This document shows positions 1-9,867 of a stretch of 64,000 bases of DNA, one piece after another. The first letter of the stretch is position 1. Every line of letters starts with the position of its first letter. Source of the DNA: an uncultured bacterium (lineage in GTDB: Bacteria > Hydrothermota > Tepidihabitantia > SM23-42 > JAOAFX01). The stretch is from the NCBI GenBank assembly GCA_964418185.1, contig CAYQKL010000003.1:173-64172 (forward strand), read 5' to 3'. A program made the position numbers and the translations under genes. Below the pieces are notes generated by a model. The model was not told where the DNA came from. It saw nothing but the letters and a program-made list of their open reading frames with translations, and ran no database searches.

Positions 1-1
1 A

Positions 2-961
2 AATTCTCCATTGAGACTGGAAGAACTTCCTGTGCCTGAGCCACAAGCAAGTGAAATTAGGCTAAAAATAAGTGTCTGCGGCGTATGCAGAACCGACCTG
101 CATATTGTTGAAGGAGAATTGCCTGCACATAAGATGCCTGTGATAATAGGGCATCAGATTGTGGGCAGGGTTGACAAACTCGGCAGAAATGCAAAAAAAT
201 ACAAATTGGGGGAAAGGCTCGGTGTGCCCTGGTTATTTAAAGCCTGTGGCATCTGCAAATACTGCAAGTCAAACAGAGAAAATCTCTGTGATAATCCAAT
301 GTTCACGGGTTATGATGCAGATGGTGGTTTTGCCGAGTATACTATTGTAGAAGAAGATTTTGCCTATCCCTTGCCTGAAAATTATACAGACAGAGAAGTT
401 GCGCCACTATTGTGTGCAGGCGTGATTGGTTATCAGGCATTCAAGGCAACCGGTTTAAATAATTCAGGAAAACTTGGATTATTCGGCTTTGGCTCAAGCG
501 CCCATATTCTACTTCAGGTCTGCAATCATCTTGGTATTGATGCCTATGTAGTATCACGGACTGAAAAGGAATTGCAACTTGCAAAAAAACTTGGTGCAAA
601 ATGGATTGGTACGATAGATGATAATATGGGAACCCTGCTTGATGCCGTGATTGTCTTTGCGCCGAGTGGCGAACTTCTAATAAAGGCATTGAAGAAAATT
701 GAAAAAGGCGGCAGGGTCGTCTCGGCTGGTATTTATACTACTCCATTACCAGGTTTTGATTATTCTTATATCTATCCAGAAAAGAGCCTCACTTCTGTAG
801 CCCATACAAGCCGACAGAATGTGCAGGAATTTCTGAAACTTGCTGGTGCATTTAGGATAAAGACCCAAATTAACGAATACAAACTTGAAGATGCCAATAA
901 TGCCCTGCTGAACATCAAACATTCAAAGATTTCCGGCTCATCAATCCTTGTAATTGAATAA
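2..961 (+). CDS. Zn-dependent alcohol dehydrogenase (MDR superfamily). 5' end lies outside the window.
   Basis: Catalytic-Zn motif GVCRTDLHIVEGE, structural-Zn Cys cluster CGICKYCKSNRENLC, Rossmann GFGSSAHILLQV. About 10 N-terminal residues are missing compared with family members. Confidence 0.85.
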   Translation, partial: NSPLRLEELPVPEPQASEIRLKISVCGVCRTDLHIVEGELPAHKMPVIIGHQIVGRVDKLGRNAKKYKLGERLGVPWLFKACGICKYCKSNRENLCDNPMFTGYDADGGFAEYTIVEEDFAYPLPENYTDREVAPLLCAGVIGYQAFKATGLNNSGKLGLFGFGSSAHILLQVCNHLGIDAYVVSRTEKELQLAKKLGAKWIGTIDDNMGTLLDAVIVFAPSGELLIKALKKIEKGGRVVSAGIYTTPLPGFDYSYIYPEKSLTSVAHTSRQNVQEFLKLAGAFRIKTQINEYKLEDANNALLNIKHSKISGSSILVIE

Positions 962-1046
962 CATCAAATTCAAGTCTCTAAACGCCAATGTTCAAATATC
1001 TTCTTTGGATTCATACGGACAATAACAGATTAAAACAGATAAAATT

Positions 1047-1065
1047 CCCCCTTTTGTAAAGGGGG
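1047..1065 (+). terminator. GC-rich hairpin (CCCCCTTT-tgt-AAAGGGGG) downstream of the ADH gene; possible terminator
   Basis: 8-bp perfect stem with a 3-nt loop about 85 nt after the ADH stop. No clean U-tract follows, so the call is weak. Confidence 0.3.
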
Positions 1066-1223
1066 AATAAGGGGGATTTAGGGGTTTTAAACGGGAATAA
1101 ATTCCTTACTCCATTTAGGAGTAGAGACTTGAGCCTTGTTACTAAATTTGCTTGATTAAATCAAGGATGGCGAGGGTTATTTTACAATCTTGATTAACTT
1201 GTTAAAATAAATAGAATATTGTT

Positions 1224-4200
1224 ATGAAATTCAGTGGGGTCTACTGGCTTGCAATACAGGACATAGGTGGTTTTACAAGCCTGAGTGAAGAACTTGCAAA
1301 GAGAGGGAAAAAAGGCACAGAAGAGTTGAGGCAAATAGTTGGAAAATTTTTTCAGGAAGCCGAAGCTAAGATATTAAATCTTTATGGAAGAATTTTTAAA
1401 CTGGCTGGAGATGCATATTATGCAATATTTCCTGCCTGTATCAGCACAAAAAAAATGGAAATACTGGGTAATGATCTTTTAAATTTAAAAAGTTTGAAAA
1501 AATATCATTTAAGGACAAGATTTATTGCAGTCCAGGGGAAAGTTGAAGCCGAATGGATACCCTTATCTGAAGGATATAATGATTTGCTTATCAGGGGACA
1601 GACGATATATGACCTTGATTTGTATGAAGAAAAGACTCCAGCCGGTAAAATTGCCGTATATGGTTCAGATAAATTTAAAACTTTTAGAATACCTGAATTC
1701 CCTTCTACCAAGAAGGTTATTCATTATAGTGCAGCACACAGACCACTTTATATAGCATTCCTTGAGATACCACAGGATTTTACCCTGGCGCATAAGATAA
1801 CCGGTTTTTTCCAGACCTATAAAGAAAATATTAAACTTATGAAATGGATTCCATATAAAAATAAATTCAAGGCACTGGTGATTGCTGGCTTTCCTGAATC
1901 CACGGGTAAAGAGGCACAAACTTGTCTTGAGACATTTTTCAAATTAAGGAAGGACTTTGAAAATTCCGAATTCAGAATGGGTATCTGTTCAGGCCTCGTA
2001 TTTGCCGGTGGAGTCAGAACAAAAAGATTTCAAGAATTTGCGATATTAGGCGACAGGGTAAATGTAGCCGCAAGACTTTGTGCTGCTGCATCCAGCAATG
2101 ATGTTTATATTTCAGGAGAGGTTCAGAAATTATTGACAGGTAAATTCAATTTCGCGGATATTGGAGCAATAAGACTCAAAGGCAAAGAAGAAAATATAAA
2201 GATATATAAACCACAGGAGAAAGTTCTGGATATCTTTAGCCCCCAATTATTTGTCCATCCCTTTGTTGGTCGTGAAAAAGAAATATATGATGCATTGAAT
2301 CTTGCAAAGAATAGAACGGGATTCTGTGTCATCGGTGATGCAGGTGTGGGTAAATCAAGAATGCTTTATGAGATAAAAAAGAGAATGGTTCAGAAAAATA
2401 TTATTGAAATAAGTCTACCACCAGTTTCGCCACCACTTTATTTTCTGAAGGATATCTTCAAATATTTTCCTCAAGGTGATTTTCCTGAACTAAGAAACTA
2501 TTTTGAAGGTATTATACAACTGCCGGTGATAAGAGTAGTGAAATTATTAAGTGACCTTTTTAAGACAAAGAATAAACTGACTATTTTCGCTGAAGACCTC
2601 CACTGGATTGATGAAGCATCCTTATTCTTATTAAAGGAATTGACTCCTCTGCCTTTTCAATTGATTGCCTCATCCAGACCCCAGGGTGAAAATATCGCAG
2701 ATAATCTAAAGTTAGAAAAAATTTATTTAAAAAATCTTTTGCCATCGTCATTAAAGATTCTTTTTGAGAAAATACACGGTGCACAACCAGATAATAAACT
2801 CTTGGATTTTCTAATAAAACACAGTGAGGGAAATCCATTCTATTTTGAGCAGATTTTGATTGACCTCCAGGAAAAGAATTTTATCAGGAAGGTCGGTGAC
2901 AGATTTTCTATTTCAGGAGATGCCCGTTCACTGCCCTTTAGTATCCATTCAATTTTGTTATCAAGATATGAGAGTTTACCACCTGAGGTGAAAAAACCGA
3001 CTGAAATTGCTGCCTGTATCGGGTTTGAATTTTCACCTGAGACAGTCAGAAAAGTCCTGGATTTTCCCTGTGTGAATTTTGAATCAACCTGCACAAAAGG
3101 AATAGTAATAAAGATTGGTCCAATATACCAGTTTAAACACGCGCTGTTTCGTGAAGCAATATTAAATTCAATACTTGAAATTAAACGCCGAGCCTATGAG
3201 CGAAAAATTGCTGAAGTCTTTATCAAAGAGGATAGAACTGACTTTGAAATTGCCCATCACCTTACTGAAGGCGGTGATGCATATCAGGCATTACCATATT
3301 GGTCCGCAACATTTGATGAACTATATTCCCGGGGCTTTCACAATGAGATCACAAATATCATCCAGAGACTGAATGGTTATGATGATGAGAATATAAAGAA
3401 GATAAGCTCGTTTATTAATGCATTGTATTTAATAAAGATGTCTGACTATTATGATGCAGAAAAGATTCTTTTGCAATTGAAAAATAATCCAAAAATTGAG
3501 AAATATATCCTGCTTAAACTTGCCGAGTTATACGACTGGAGTAGTCAATATAACAAGATGGAACAGGTACTTAAAATCTTGAAGAATCATAAAATGAATA
3601 TTGACGAAAAGATAACATACCTTGAACACTGTGGAATTTATTACGATATGACACGTAAAAATAGCAAGGCACTGGATTACTATAAAAAAGGTTTTATGAT
3701 TTCTCAAAAATTTCATCGGCGCGAGGCATTGACAACAAATCTGTATAATATCGGCTGGATTTATTTCAAAGAAAAAAAATATCACAAGGCGGAAATCTAT
3801 TTTCGCAAATCTCTTAATCTGGTCAAAGAAGGAGACTTGTTCAATGAAGGAACTGCTCTTTTGCGTCTTGGTCAGATTGAGATGCTAAAAGGAAATCTAT
3901 CTATTGCTCAAAACTATCTTAAAAGGAGTCTTAAAAGTTTTAAAACAATTGGGTTTGTTTATTGGGAGGGAATTGTTTTGAAGGCTCTGAGTGAACTGTA
4001 TGTTCTTTTGGGTAGAAAGAAAAAGGCGCTATGGTTTGCCCTTGAAGCTGATAAAACTGACCTGATGTTAAATGTTAAGCCAAAAAATTCCATTTTTTTG
4101 CATCTGTATTATGGTGATTTAGCCTTGGTCGAGAAAGCTTTAAAAGATAAGGAGGACAAATATATTGAGGAATACTTTCTTTATTTATTAGCACAGGGAA

Positions 4201-4331
4201 AGAAACAATCTGCAATGGATTTTTTGCGCAGGCATAATTTAATATCCATTATTCCATCCAGAAAGGAATTGAGAAAGAAAACCTTTCTGCTCAATTTTAT
4301 ATCACTATATAAAAAATATACCCAGGGATAA
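1224..4331 (+). CDS. Multidomain signalling protein: class III adenylate/guanylate cyclase homology domain(s) + P-loop NTPase (AAA/STAND-like) + C-terminal TPR repeats
   Basis: Cyclase motifs KLAGDAYYAIFP and EFAILGDRVNVAARL. Walker A VIGDAGVGKSRM after VGREKEIYDAL. TPR-like repeats in the last ~350 aa. Confidence 0.75.
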   Translation: MKFSGVYWLAIQDIGGFTSLSEELAKRGKKGTEELRQIVGKFFQEAEAKILNLYGRIFKLAGDAYYAIFPACISTKKMEILGNDLLNLKSLKKYHLRTRFIAVQGKVEAEWIPLSEGYNDLLIRGQTIYDLDLYEEKTPAGKIAVYGSDKFKTFRIPEFPSTKKVIHYSAAHRPLYIAFLEIPQDFTLAHKITGFFQTYKENIKLMKWIPYKNKFKALVIAGFPESTGKEAQTCLETFFKLRKDFENSEFRMGICSGLVFAGGVRTKRFQEFAILGDRVNVAARLCAAASSNDVYISGEVQKLLTGKFNFADIGAIRLKGKEENIKIYKPQEKVLDIFSPQLFVHPFVGREKEIYDALNLAKNRTGFCVIGDAGVGKSRMLYEIKKRMVQKNIIEISLPPVSPPLYFLKDIFKYFPQGDFPELRNYFEGIIQLPVIRVVKLLSDLFKTKNKLTIFAEDLHWIDEASLFLLKELTPLPFQLIASSRPQGENIADNLKLEKIYLKNLLPSSLKILFEKIHGAQPDNKLLDFLIKHSEGNPFYFEQILIDLQEKNFIRKVGDRFSISGDARSLPFSIHSILLSRYESLPPEVKKPTEIAACIGFEFSPETVRKVLDFPCVNFESTCTKGIVIKIGPIYQFKHALFREAILNSILEIKRRAYERKIAEVFIKEDRTDFEIAHHLTEGGDAYQALPYWSATFDELYSRGFHNEITNIIQRLNGYDDENIKKISSFINALYLIKMSDYYDAEKILLQLKNNPKIEKYILLKLAELYDWSSQYNKMEQVLKILKNHKMNIDEKITYLEHCGIYYDMTRKNSKALDYYKKGFMISQKFHRREALTTNLYNIGWIYFKEKKYHKAEIYFRKSLNLVKEGDLFNEGTALLRLGQIEMLKGNLSIAQNYLKRSLKSFKTIGFVYWEGIVLKALSELYVLLGRKKKALWFALEADKTDLMLNVKPKNSIFLHLYYGDLALVEKALKDKEDKYIEEYFLYLLAQGKKQSAMDFLRRHNLISIIPSRKELRKKTFLLNFISLYKKYTQG

Positions 4332-4402
4332 AATGCGGTAGCTTAATTCAGAAACAAGTAGAAGTGGATAGAAGAAAACTTTCGACATAATACTTATTTT
4401 CC

Positions 4403-4430
4403 TTGACTTTGACTCAGTATTTAATATAAT
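4403..4430 (+). promoter_or_regulatory. Sigma-70-type promoter TTGACT-N16-TATAAT upstream of pal
   Basis: Read directly in the sequence. The RBS AAGGAGG at 4441-4447 follows. Confidence 0.4.
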
Positions 4431-4451
4431 TACTCTATGAAAGGAGGTATA

Positions 4452-4928
4452 ATGCGTTATCTTAAAGTAACTATCCCCATTCTATTGGTTGCTATTGTTT
4501 TCTTTGGTTGCCCAAAGAAACAGGTCGTGAAGCCGGTTGAACCCGCTCCTGAAGAAACAACAGTAGTTGTGCCCCAGGAGACCACGGTCGTAGAGACCCG
4601 GCCCCAGCTTGTGCTGGAACGGATATTTTTTGATTTTGATAAATCCGATATTCGTCAGGATGCTGCCGAAATTTTAAAGAAAAATGCTGAGATGTTGAAA
4701 ATTTATCCTGAAGTAAAGGTCATCATAGAAGGGCACTGCTGTGAACTGGGTACTGCTGAATACAATATGGCACTGGGTGAGAGAAGGGCAAAATCAGCAA
4801 GGGATTATCTTTTGATGTTGGGAATCACTCCGGATAGGCTGTCCTCAGTTAGTTACGGCGAAGAGCGGCCTCTTGACCCAAAGGTTTTGGAGAGAAATCG
4901 GCGCTGTGAATTTGTCATAATGAAGTAA
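4452..4928 (+). CDS. pal: Peptidoglycan-associated lipoprotein Pal (OmpA C-terminal domain)
   Basis: Lipobox FFGC, then the OmpA-C signature IEGHCCELGTAEYNMALGERRAKSARDYL. The ORF-track start at 4437 is probably 15 nt too far upstream; the second ATG has a proper RBS. Confidence 0.85.
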   Translation: MRYLKVTIPILLVAIVFFGCPKKQVVKPVEPAPEETTVVVPQETTVVETRPQLVLERIFFDFDKSDIRQDAAEILKKNAEMLKIYPEVKVIIEGHCCELGTAEYNMALGERRAKSARDYLLMLGITPDRLSSVSYGEERPLDPKVLERNRRCEFVIMK

Positions 4929-4982
4929 TTATGGATAATTAGGGGGCAATAACGGGTTACCAACGGTTAAAGGGTTATAAGG

Positions 4983-5747
4983 GTGATTATGGGAAAAATG
5001 CAAAAACCAAGGAAAGTCTATCAAATTTTAAGATACCTTCCCCTGATGGCCCATTTTAACCCCTTGCTCCTCTTTTTATACCTTTTATTTCTCTCTTCTT
5101 TTGGTTGTTTTAATCGCACCCGATTTAATAACTTCAACTGGCAACTTGATAGTTTGAAATACTACACTGTACACATTGATAGCATCTTACATCAGCAATC
5201 AAAGGAAATGACACAATTACGTACTGATTTTTATACAAAGGCAGAAGAACTATCAGAAAAAATTGAAATGCTCAATACGAGACTGAGCGAATCTGAATCT
5301 CAATTGACTCAGATAAACGAAAAGCTCTCCCGTGGCAAGAAAACAATACCTGATTCTGAGGATGTATCATCAGTAAGCCCTGAAGCAAGGATGATTTATG
5401 AATCTGCATATCTAAACTATGTGAAAGGAAATTACAACGATGCAATCAATGGATTCAGATCTTACCTTAAGGTAGCACCAGAATCCCCACTTTCGGACAA
5501 TGCATTATACTGGATTGGTGAATGTTATTACTCCCTTGGCAAAAGGCAGGATGCGGTCGACACATTTAACGAATTGCTAAACAAATATGCTCAAAGTAAC
5601 AAACGATCAACCGCCCTATATAAAATCGCTATAATCTATGAAGAGGCAAAGGATACAAAGACCGCAAAGACATATTATGAAAGGGTGATAAAGGAATTTC
5701 CAAATGCACCCGAGGCATCACTGGCAAAGGAGAGGTTGAATAAGTGA
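4983..5747 (+). CDS. cpoB: Tol-Pal system protein CpoB/YbgF-like (lipoprotein signal, coiled coil, C-terminal TPR)
   Basis: N-terminal hydrophobic segment ending SSFGC, a coiled-coil region, and TPR at the C-terminus (YWIGECYYSLGKRQDAVDTFNELLNKY). Lies between pal and tolQ. The exact start is uncertain. Confidence 0.65.
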   Translation: MIMGKMQKPRKVYQILRYLPLMAHFNPLLLFLYLLFLSSFGCFNRTRFNNFNWQLDSLKYYTVHIDSILHQQSKEMTQLRTDFYTKAEELSEKIEMLNTRLSESESQLTQINEKLSRGKKTIPDSEDVSSVSPEARMIYESAYLNYVKGNYNDAINGFRSYLKVAPESPLSDNALYWIGECYYSLGKRQDAVDTFNELLNKYAQSNKRSTALYKIAIIYEEAKDTKTAKTYYERVIKEFPNAPEASLAKERLNK

Positions 5748-6409
5748 ATATCTTTCGTGTGTTTATTGAATCCGGGCTTGCTGCCCAGATTATTATGGTC
5801 ATACTTGTTGTATTCTCAATCTGGTCCTGGGCACTATTTTTCAAGAAATTGTATGAACTTGCAACTGCTAATAAACGGAGCAAGGCTTTCCTTATGAGTT
5901 ATAAATTCCACAAGAATATAAAAGAGATGGAGAATCTCGGACATTTATTACTTGATAACCCTTATGGCAGGATATTAAAAGATGGTTTTGATGAATTTAA
6001 ATCGCTAAAGTCTTCTTCAAAAAATCCAGTAAATCTCCAACTTGCTGAAAATATCAAACTCGCGATGGAGCGAACAAAGATAAAAGAGATAGAAACCCTT
6101 GAATCAGGTTTACCAATCCTGGGAACGATTGTTGCAGCAAGTCCGTTTTTAGGACTTCTGGGAACGGTATGGGGCATAATGGAATCATTTTTGCAGATTC
6201 GTGCAAGGGGTTCAGCCCATATTACAGTTGTGGCACCGGGTATTTCTGATGCCTTGATCACAACTGTGTATGGATTATTGGTCGCCATACCCGCATTGAT
6301 CTTTAACAACCTTTTGCGGAGTAGAATAATAAAATTAGATTCGCAACTTGATAATTTTATCAGTGAAATCTACGCTGGATTGAAAAGGGGATTGGTTGAA
6401 AACCAATAG
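5744..6409 (+). CDS. tolQ: MotA/TolQ/ExbB proton-channel protein
   Basis: Three TM segments and the conserved C-terminal region GLLGTVWGIMESF. Confidence 0.85.
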   Translation: MNIFRVFIESGLAAQIIMVILVVFSIWSWALFFKKLYELATANKRSKAFLMSYKFHKNIKEMENLGHLLLDNPYGRILKDGFDEFKSLKSSSKNPVNLQLAENIKLAMERTKIKEIETLESGLPILGTIVAASPFLGLLGTVWGIMESFLQIRARGSAHITVVAPGISDALITTVYGLLVAIPALIFNNLLRSRIIKLDSQLDNFISEIYAGLKRGLVENQ

Positions 6410-6803
6410 AAACACCGGTTTGATTCAGGATTTGAATTTCACAAATTTAGTAGATGTAGCACTGACAGTGCTCGTTGTCTTCATAATCACTGCACCTATG
6501 ATGACTCCGGGAATTGATGTAAATCTTCCCAGAACTGATGCTTCATTGCCTCATGACGAAGAAGGAATCACGATTTCAATAAAAGAAAACAAGCAATTAT
6601 TTATTGAAAGCGAGCAAGTCAAACCCAATGATTTTGAAAAAATATTAAAAAGAATCTTAGAAAAAAAACCACCAGGGGTCACGGTTTATCTCAGGGCAGA
6701 TAAAAGTATTGATTACGGATTTGTGATTGAAGTCGTGGGCAGAATGAGAAAAGCGGGGGTAAAGGATTTAGGACTGGTTGCAGAAATACCTCAGGAAGAA
6801 TGA
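6396..6803 (+). CDS. tolR: ExbD/TolR biopolymer transport protein
   Basis: Single TM, ExbD-like periplasmic domain, positioned after tolQ. Confidence 0.8.
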   Translation: MKTNRNTGLIQDLNFTNLVDVALTVLVVFIITAPMMTPGIDVNLPRTDASLPHDEEGITISIKENKQLFIESEQVKPNDFEKILKRILEKKPPGVTVYLRADKSIDYGFVIEVVGRMRKAGVKDLGLVAEIPQEE

Positions 6804-7447
6804 ACCGTTTTACCCTTTTTTCAATATTACTCCATCTTATGTTATTTGGAACAATCGCCCTTTCTTCAAAAAGTAGTTTTAAATCCATCCCTAAGTTTGA
6901 AGTATATAAGGTAAGTCTTGCACCCCTACCCCAACCAAAGATTGCTGGTATTCCTGAGGCACCCGTTGAACCAGCAGCGATAAAAGAACCTGAGAAGAAA
7001 ATTGAAGAAAAAAAACCACCCGAAGAGAAAAAATCCGTAGTGAAAAAAGAGAGTAGAGAAACCAAACAGACTAAAGAGATTAAACAAACCAAGGAGACCA
7101 AAAAGGGACTGCCTGACGGACTCCCTGATATCAGACCTCAAATCTATACAGGCAGTGGCCGGGGTTTTACATATTCATACTATCTAAACATTTTACTAAC
7201 CAAAATAGGCCAGAACTGGAATAATCCCTATCGAGAAAAGGATGTCATATTGAAATCAATAGTATATTTTGAAGTCAACAAAGATGGCGTAATCTCTAAT
7301 ATTCGCATTGAAGAAGATTCGGGAGATGACATTTATAATGAATCCACTATTCGCGCCGTTGCATTGGCAAAAAAACTTCCACCACTGCCCCACGAATTTT
7401 CTGATGATTATCTAAAGGTGCATTTAGAATTTCTCACTGCGAGATGA
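6800..7447 (+). CDS. tolA: TolA/TonB-family energy transducer (TM anchor, K/E/P-rich linker, TonB_C-like C-terminal domain)
   Basis: N-terminal TM segment, a KEPEKKIEEKKPPEEKK linker, a C-terminal TonB-like domain. Sits between tolR and tolB. Confidence 0.65.
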   Translation: MNRFTLFSILLHLMLFGTIALSSKSSFKSIPKFEVYKVSLAPLPQPKIAGIPEAPVEPAAIKEPEKKIEEKKPPEEKKSVVKKESRETKQTKEIKQTKETKKGLPDGLPDIRPQIYTGSGRGFTYSYYLNILLTKIGQNWNNPYREKDVILKSIVYFEVNKDGVISNIRIEEDSGDDIYNESTIRAVALAKKLPPLPHEFSDDYLKVHLEFLTAR

Positions 7448-8691
7448 CTCTGCTCTCTAAAGTTCGTATAATTTATCTAATAACAATTTCTCTTTTCTTT
7501 TATCTAACAAGAAGCCAGGAGGTTTTCTTAAGGCTCACGGACTATGCTGGAGGCAAGACAAATCTTATCATTGAGCCATTCAATGTCCAGGGCACACCTG
7601 ATTTCGGCACAAAGGTGAAAAATATTGAATCAATAATAAGATATGACCTGGATTATTCACTATATTTTGATATCTATTCAGATACCAATGCACTAAAAGA
7701 AAATCCAAAAAAGAGTGGAGTCATATTAAGGGCAGAAGCCAAAGAACCAAATTTAGTTATTAGGCTGATTGACTTTGAAACAAAGCAAAAAATTGGTGAG
7801 GTATCTTCTCCAATTACTGATGAATTGAGGCATTTTTCCCATAGTCTTTCTAATAACATCATTGAAACCCTGACTGGCGAAAAAGGGATTGCCACCACAA
7901 AGATTGTTTTCTCATTCCGCTCTGGCCCCGGCAAAGAACTGGCAATGATTGATTACGACGGCTATAATTTTACGCAGCTGACAAAAAATAATAATTTCAA
8001 TCTTTTTCCCTGCTGGGCACCGGATGGAAATAGAGTGCTATATTCTACTTATATCAAAGATCGCTTGAATCTCAATCTTTTTGACCTCAACAAGAAAACC
8101 TTAACCATTATTTCCACCCACGCAGGTCTGAATTATGCCCCTGATTGGTCGCCGGACGGAACAAAAATTGCCCTGACATTGACAAAAGATGGCAATGCAG
8201 AAATTTATCTGCTGGATTTAGAAACCAAACAACTATCACGACTTACAAATAACCGTTCTATTGACTGCTCGCCAGCATTCTCACCGAACAGTCGGGAGAT
8301 TGCCTTTGTCTCGGACCGTTCAGGTAGCCCACAGATTTATATAATGGATATATATGGCGGGAATGTTCGGCGTTTAACATTCCATGGTGATTATAATACC
8401 TCACCGGCCTGGTCTCCAAAGGGTGACTTGATCACCTATGTATCAAGACAATCTGACTATGCCCAGCAGATATGTGTAACCGACCCTAATGACTTTCAAC
8501 CAATCCAATTAACCTTTGAGGGTAATAACGAAGAACCATCCTGGTCACCAGATGGTCTACATATCGCATTTATTTCCAATCGTACTGGTAAATATGAACT
8601 CTGGACTATGAACTGGGATGGCACAAGGCAGCGCAAATTGACCCAGGGTCTTGTTACCTATGCCCCTTCCTGGTCACCTTTTTTAAGATAG
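7444..8691 (+). CDS. tolB: TolB periplasmic beta-propeller protein
   Basis: Repeated WSPDG/APDWSPDG propeller blades after a TolB-like N-terminal domain. Confidence 0.85.
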   Translation: MTLLSKVRIIYLITISLFFYLTRSQEVFLRLTDYAGGKTNLIIEPFNVQGTPDFGTKVKNIESIIRYDLDYSLYFDIYSDTNALKENPKKSGVILRAEAKEPNLVIRLIDFETKQKIGEVSSPITDELRHFSHSLSNNIIETLTGEKGIATTKIVFSFRSGPGKELAMIDYDGYNFTQLTKNNNFNLFPCWAPDGNRVLYSTYIKDRLNLNLFDLNKKTLTIISTHAGLNYAPDWSPDGTKIALTLTKDGNAEIYLLDLETKQLSRLTNNRSIDCSPAFSPNSREIAFVSDRSGSPQIYIMDIYGGNVRRLTFHGDYNTSPAWSPKGDLITYVSRQSDYAQQICVTDPNDFQPIQLTFEGNNEEPSWSPDGLHIAFISNRTGKYELWTMNWDGTRQRKLTQGLVTYAPSWSPFLR

Positions 8692-8728
8692 AATTTCAAG
8701 AAAATCAAGATTAAATTTTCTGGTGAAA

Positions 8729-9403
8729 TCAAAGCCACAGACCCAAAATATCTGCTGATAAGGCTACCAAAAAGTGTAGAATTGCACAGGGGAGAAAACT
8801 TCTTCCGCGAATTGCTATTATACCTAAAAAAATGCCCGCAAATATTGAACCGTATGCCTCAAGCAGTGGCTTGCGATAATGCATCAGGGCAAAGGGAATT
8901 GTTTGAATCAATATTGCAAGTCTTTTGTCAATTTTATTTGATAAGCCAAAAAGCATAAAACCCCGGAAAAAAAATTCCCAGGAAAACATATGAAACAATT
9001 GTATCATCTGGTAAATAACGAAATTATTGAATCCCTTTCGGGCTGTATAAGAAAGGGGATAAATAGATTTAAAGTTCGTAAATTTGAAGACAATCAATAA
9101 AATCACCAACATTACAAAAAAAATAATGAATAAGTCCTTCAGCCAGATTTTATATTCTCCAACTTTTAATCCATATTCTGCAGGTTTGTTTTTGAATAGA
9201 AGCATTGGAATAAATGGTGAAATTGCATAAATAATACCAAGCACAATCAATTTTTCGAAAAATGGTTCATTCGGAAAGAATAACTTTGTGCGTTTGAGAT
9301 ACAAAGAAAATAGTAGAATGAATGTGGCATAGCATACAATTACTAATATTTCTAAATCAATCTTTCTTATTTCTAAGATTATTTCACTTAGCCATTTTTT
9401 CAT
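8729..9403 (-). CDS. CPBP family intramembrane metalloprotease (CAAX protease/Abi-like)
   Basis: Motif 1 WEFFFRG (EExxxR type), motif 2 FALMHY, motif 3 ILHFLVAL. Multi-TM protein. Confidence 0.75.
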   Translation of the reverse strand: MKKWLSEIILEIRKIDLEILVIVCYATFILLFSLYLKRTKLFFPNEPFFEKLIVLGIIYAISPFIPMLLFKNKPAEYGLKVGEYKIWLKDLFIIFFVMLVILLIVFKFTNFKSIYPLSYTARKGFNNFVIYQMIQLFHMFSWEFFFRGFMLFGLSNKIDKRLAILIQTIPFALMHYRKPLLEAYGSIFAGIFLGIIAIRGRSFLPCAILHFLVALSADILGLWL

Positions 9404-9406
9404 TTT

Positions 9407-9865
9407 TCAATACTCTGCGGCATAAACTCTGTAATAATCCTTTTGTTTTTTAAAATATCCTTTTACTGAAGAAGGTTGTATCACACCACCAAATACGAGC
9501 ACCTTTTCATTCTCATATCTTGCAATCACCCTCAATCCAAGACTGCAGTGGGCAAAAATCGTATTATTTTTTGTTGAATCAATCCATACTTTTAATCCTG
9601 ACATCATTATATTTATTGAATCAGCTGATCTAAAAAATTCCTCAACCATTGAGCACAAATCATTAAAATTGAGAGAATGCTTGTCGAGATAATCTTTATC
9701 AAAATAATCAAGGGTCTTATTAATGTTTTCTTTTTCCACCGCATCTTTTAGACTGTTTATATCCCTTAATAAATTTCTTTTTTCGTTCGGCAATAATCTA
9801 ACGATCATAAAGACAATAATGATTAAGGCAGCAAAGATTACGACTATTTTAAAAATTTTTTTCAT
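9407..9865 (-). CDS. Hypothetical membrane-anchored protein
   Basis: N-terminal TM anchor and no recognisable domain. Translationally coupled between the thioredoxin/DsbD-like gene and the CPBP protease. Confidence 0.45.
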   Translation of the reverse strand: MKKIFKIVVIFAALIIIVFMIVRLLPNEKRNLLRDINSLKDAVEKENINKTLDYFDKDYLDKHSLNFNDLCSMVEEFFRSADSINIMMSGLKVWIDSTKNNTIFAHCSLGLRVIARYENEKVLVFGGVIQPSSVKGYFKKQKDYYRVYAAEY

Positions 9866-9867
9866 TT

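Noticed and set aside
1505-1919. Numerous 60-140 aa antisense or overlapping ORFs in the six-frame track (e.g. 1505-1919, 6691-7101, 23348-23761, 47126-47545, 57480-58097)
   Set aside because: They lie wholly inside well-supported longer genes on the opposite strand or in another frame. They have no start context or homology and are spurious.
1224-4331. CBASS/Pycsar-type anti-phage cyclase
   Set aside because: The cyclase domain is fused to a STAND NTPase and TPR. This is the typical architecture of regulatory adenylate cyclases. No effector (TM, TIR, or phospholipase) gene is adjacent.
9401-9409. In-frame junction (TGA + one codon) between the 152-aa ORF and the CPBP protease, suggesting a fused gene
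   Set aside because: The downstream ORF has a typical start (MKKWL...), and there is no domain continuity across the stop. Chance in-frame adjacency is expected about one third of the time.
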